The notes below the pieces were generated by a model. That model worked only from the letters and a program-made list of their open reading frames with translations, had not been told where the DNA came from and made no database searches. Made by a program: the position numbers and the translations under genes. Below, in pieces: positions 62,207-64,000 of a DNA stretch of 64,000 nucleotides. The DNA comes from Eledone cirrhosa (taxonomy: Eukaryota), in assembly GCA_964016885.1 (NCBI GenBank), contig OZ024742.1, forward strand, positions 203,608,001-203,672,000, in the 5' to 3' direction. Every line of letters starts with the position of its first letter. The first letter of the stretch is position 1.

Positions 62207-64000
62207 GTGAGTATGGGCGCCAGCGATTCTGCGGAGGTTACTGATCTTATCGGCCTTTTCCTTCTTTTCTCTATCAAGGACGAATTCCCCAACGTGGGCG
62301 GTGGTTTGTACCGTGATGATGGTCTTTTGACCATGACTAAGTGCGGCCCACGTGCTTGCGACAGGTTCAGAAAAGAATTCACAGCCTTCTTTAAAGGCTT
62401 CAAACTCTCTATACAGGTTGAGACCAACCTCTCGGTCGTTAATTACCTCGACGTTACCCTCAATTTATCGAATGGCTTGCATTACCCGTATAGAAAGCCG
62501 AATGATACGCTTAATTACATAAGTAAGCATTCTAACCATCCTGCCAGCATAACCAAGAACCTGGTAAGAAACGTTTTTTTAGGCTTTCCCGTCTATCTAC
62601 TAACGAGCATATTTTCAACGACCATTCCACATATTACAATGAAGCTCTTGCTCGGAGTGGATTTGTCGATAAGGTAGCATATACAGAGTACGAGAATAGA
62701 CCTAGAAGAAATAGATCCCGACGCATTTGTTGGTATAACCCACCATATAATATGGAGGTGGCCACACCATTAGCTAAGATCTTTCTCTACCTTATTACGA
62801 AGCATTTTCCCCCTACACATAAATATAACATTTTTAATAGAAATACTATTAAAATGTCTTACTCTACGACTCCTAACCTTGCACATAACATCACAGCTTC
62901 TAATTTAGCTAAACTACCTAGCCGTAAGAACACGTGCAACCCTGTAGTTAGTACTAACTGTAATTGTAGGAATCGGGTTGACTGCCTCCTATCCGGGAAA
63001 TGCCTCTCTAGTAACATTGTCTACAAATCTAGGGTTGAAACACCCACGTCCCGTAGGGCCTACATAGGGTTAACCGCCAATAGATTAAAGCAGCGTCTTT
63101 ACATGCATACCCATTCTTTTCGTTACCCTCTTAAAAGGAATATGACGTCACTTTCAGCTTATATCTGGAGTCTAAAAGACAACCACACCCAATATAAGTT
63201 ACACTGGGAGATCCTAGCTAGGGCTAGATCGTATAACGGAAATAAAAGACCATGTGACCTCTGCGCCGCTGAGGCTCTGGAAATACTCTACGCCACAGAC
63301 CACATCTTAAACAAAAAATCTGAAGCAATTTCGGCTTGTAAACATGAATTGCGCAAAACTTTCCTATACGATCTATATGCGGATATTTTACGTCTTGATG
63401 TGGTAGCTAAGTATGTTTATACCATTACTTATTTGTATAGGTAAGTATATATTACCTGTATGTTTTGTGAAGGTACGTATACTTTCTCGTACGTATAATT
63501 GATTGTATATGTTATGGCGTATATATTATATATTCTGGTACATATGCTTTTGGTTATGTGTATACCTGAGTTTTGCGTCTGTGTGGGTATGCGGGTTCGT
63601 ACGTATGTAGGGTGTGTGTATATGTGTACTTTGTGTTTTGGTTGACGTTCGTCTCCGAACATATGTGTATTTACATGTAGGTATGTGTGTGCGCTTGTTA
63701 TATACGTATTTATTTATTTATATACGTTTATTTAAGTTTTGTATACACGCACACACACACATATTTATATGTGCGTGTATTTGTATACCTATGTCGAGTG
63801 TTTTCGCGTATGCTTGTGTGTGTACGTATATGGATGCGTGTATTTATTTATTTAATTTCAATTGCCTCTGTATTTTATTTACTTTATTCTTAACTCTGAA
63901 GCAGAGAATCATTCGGTTTCCTAGTTAGAATTTTAGTCTACGACTTCTGCTATACCATTTACGTAGTTTTGTCTTTGCGTGCAGTTCTCCACGCTCCACA
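62207..64000 (+). mobile_element. 5'-truncated Penelope-like element (Naiad-like) RT + GIY-YIG + 3' UTR, runs off window
   Basis: MGASDSAEVTDLIG, GLYRDDGL, VNYLDVTLNL, CNCRNRVDCLLSGKCL, NIVYKS...AYIGLT...KQR..H, CDLC. Confidence 0.92.

Overview
AT-rich, microsatellite-dense eukaryotic intergenic/intronic DNA. The SINE, LINE and microsatellite make-up suggests a cephalopod (Octopus-like) genome, which is an inference. No intact host gene is supportable. The window is a mosaic of decayed mobile elements: a Helitron helicase, several Penelope-like elements (PLE; RT + C-terminal GIY-YIG, Naiad-like), R4/Dong-like, RTE, CRE-like and Tx1/L1-like LINEs, pogo, Chapaev-like and mariner-type DNA transposon remnants, SINEs, and a ~4.9 kb 32-bp minisatellite. 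The most striking unannotated signal is about two dozen type I hammerhead ribozyme (HHR) motifs read by eye, from several distinct families. They include minimal PLE-type HHRs with palindromic stem III, U3-A8 core variants, and HHRs with greatly extended stems II/III inside non-coding ~600-700 bp partial-tandem units (retrozyme-like). Most sit in inverted or tandem duplications, including a >2 kb inverted repeat flanking a PLE. All RNA structures were paired manually, not computed.
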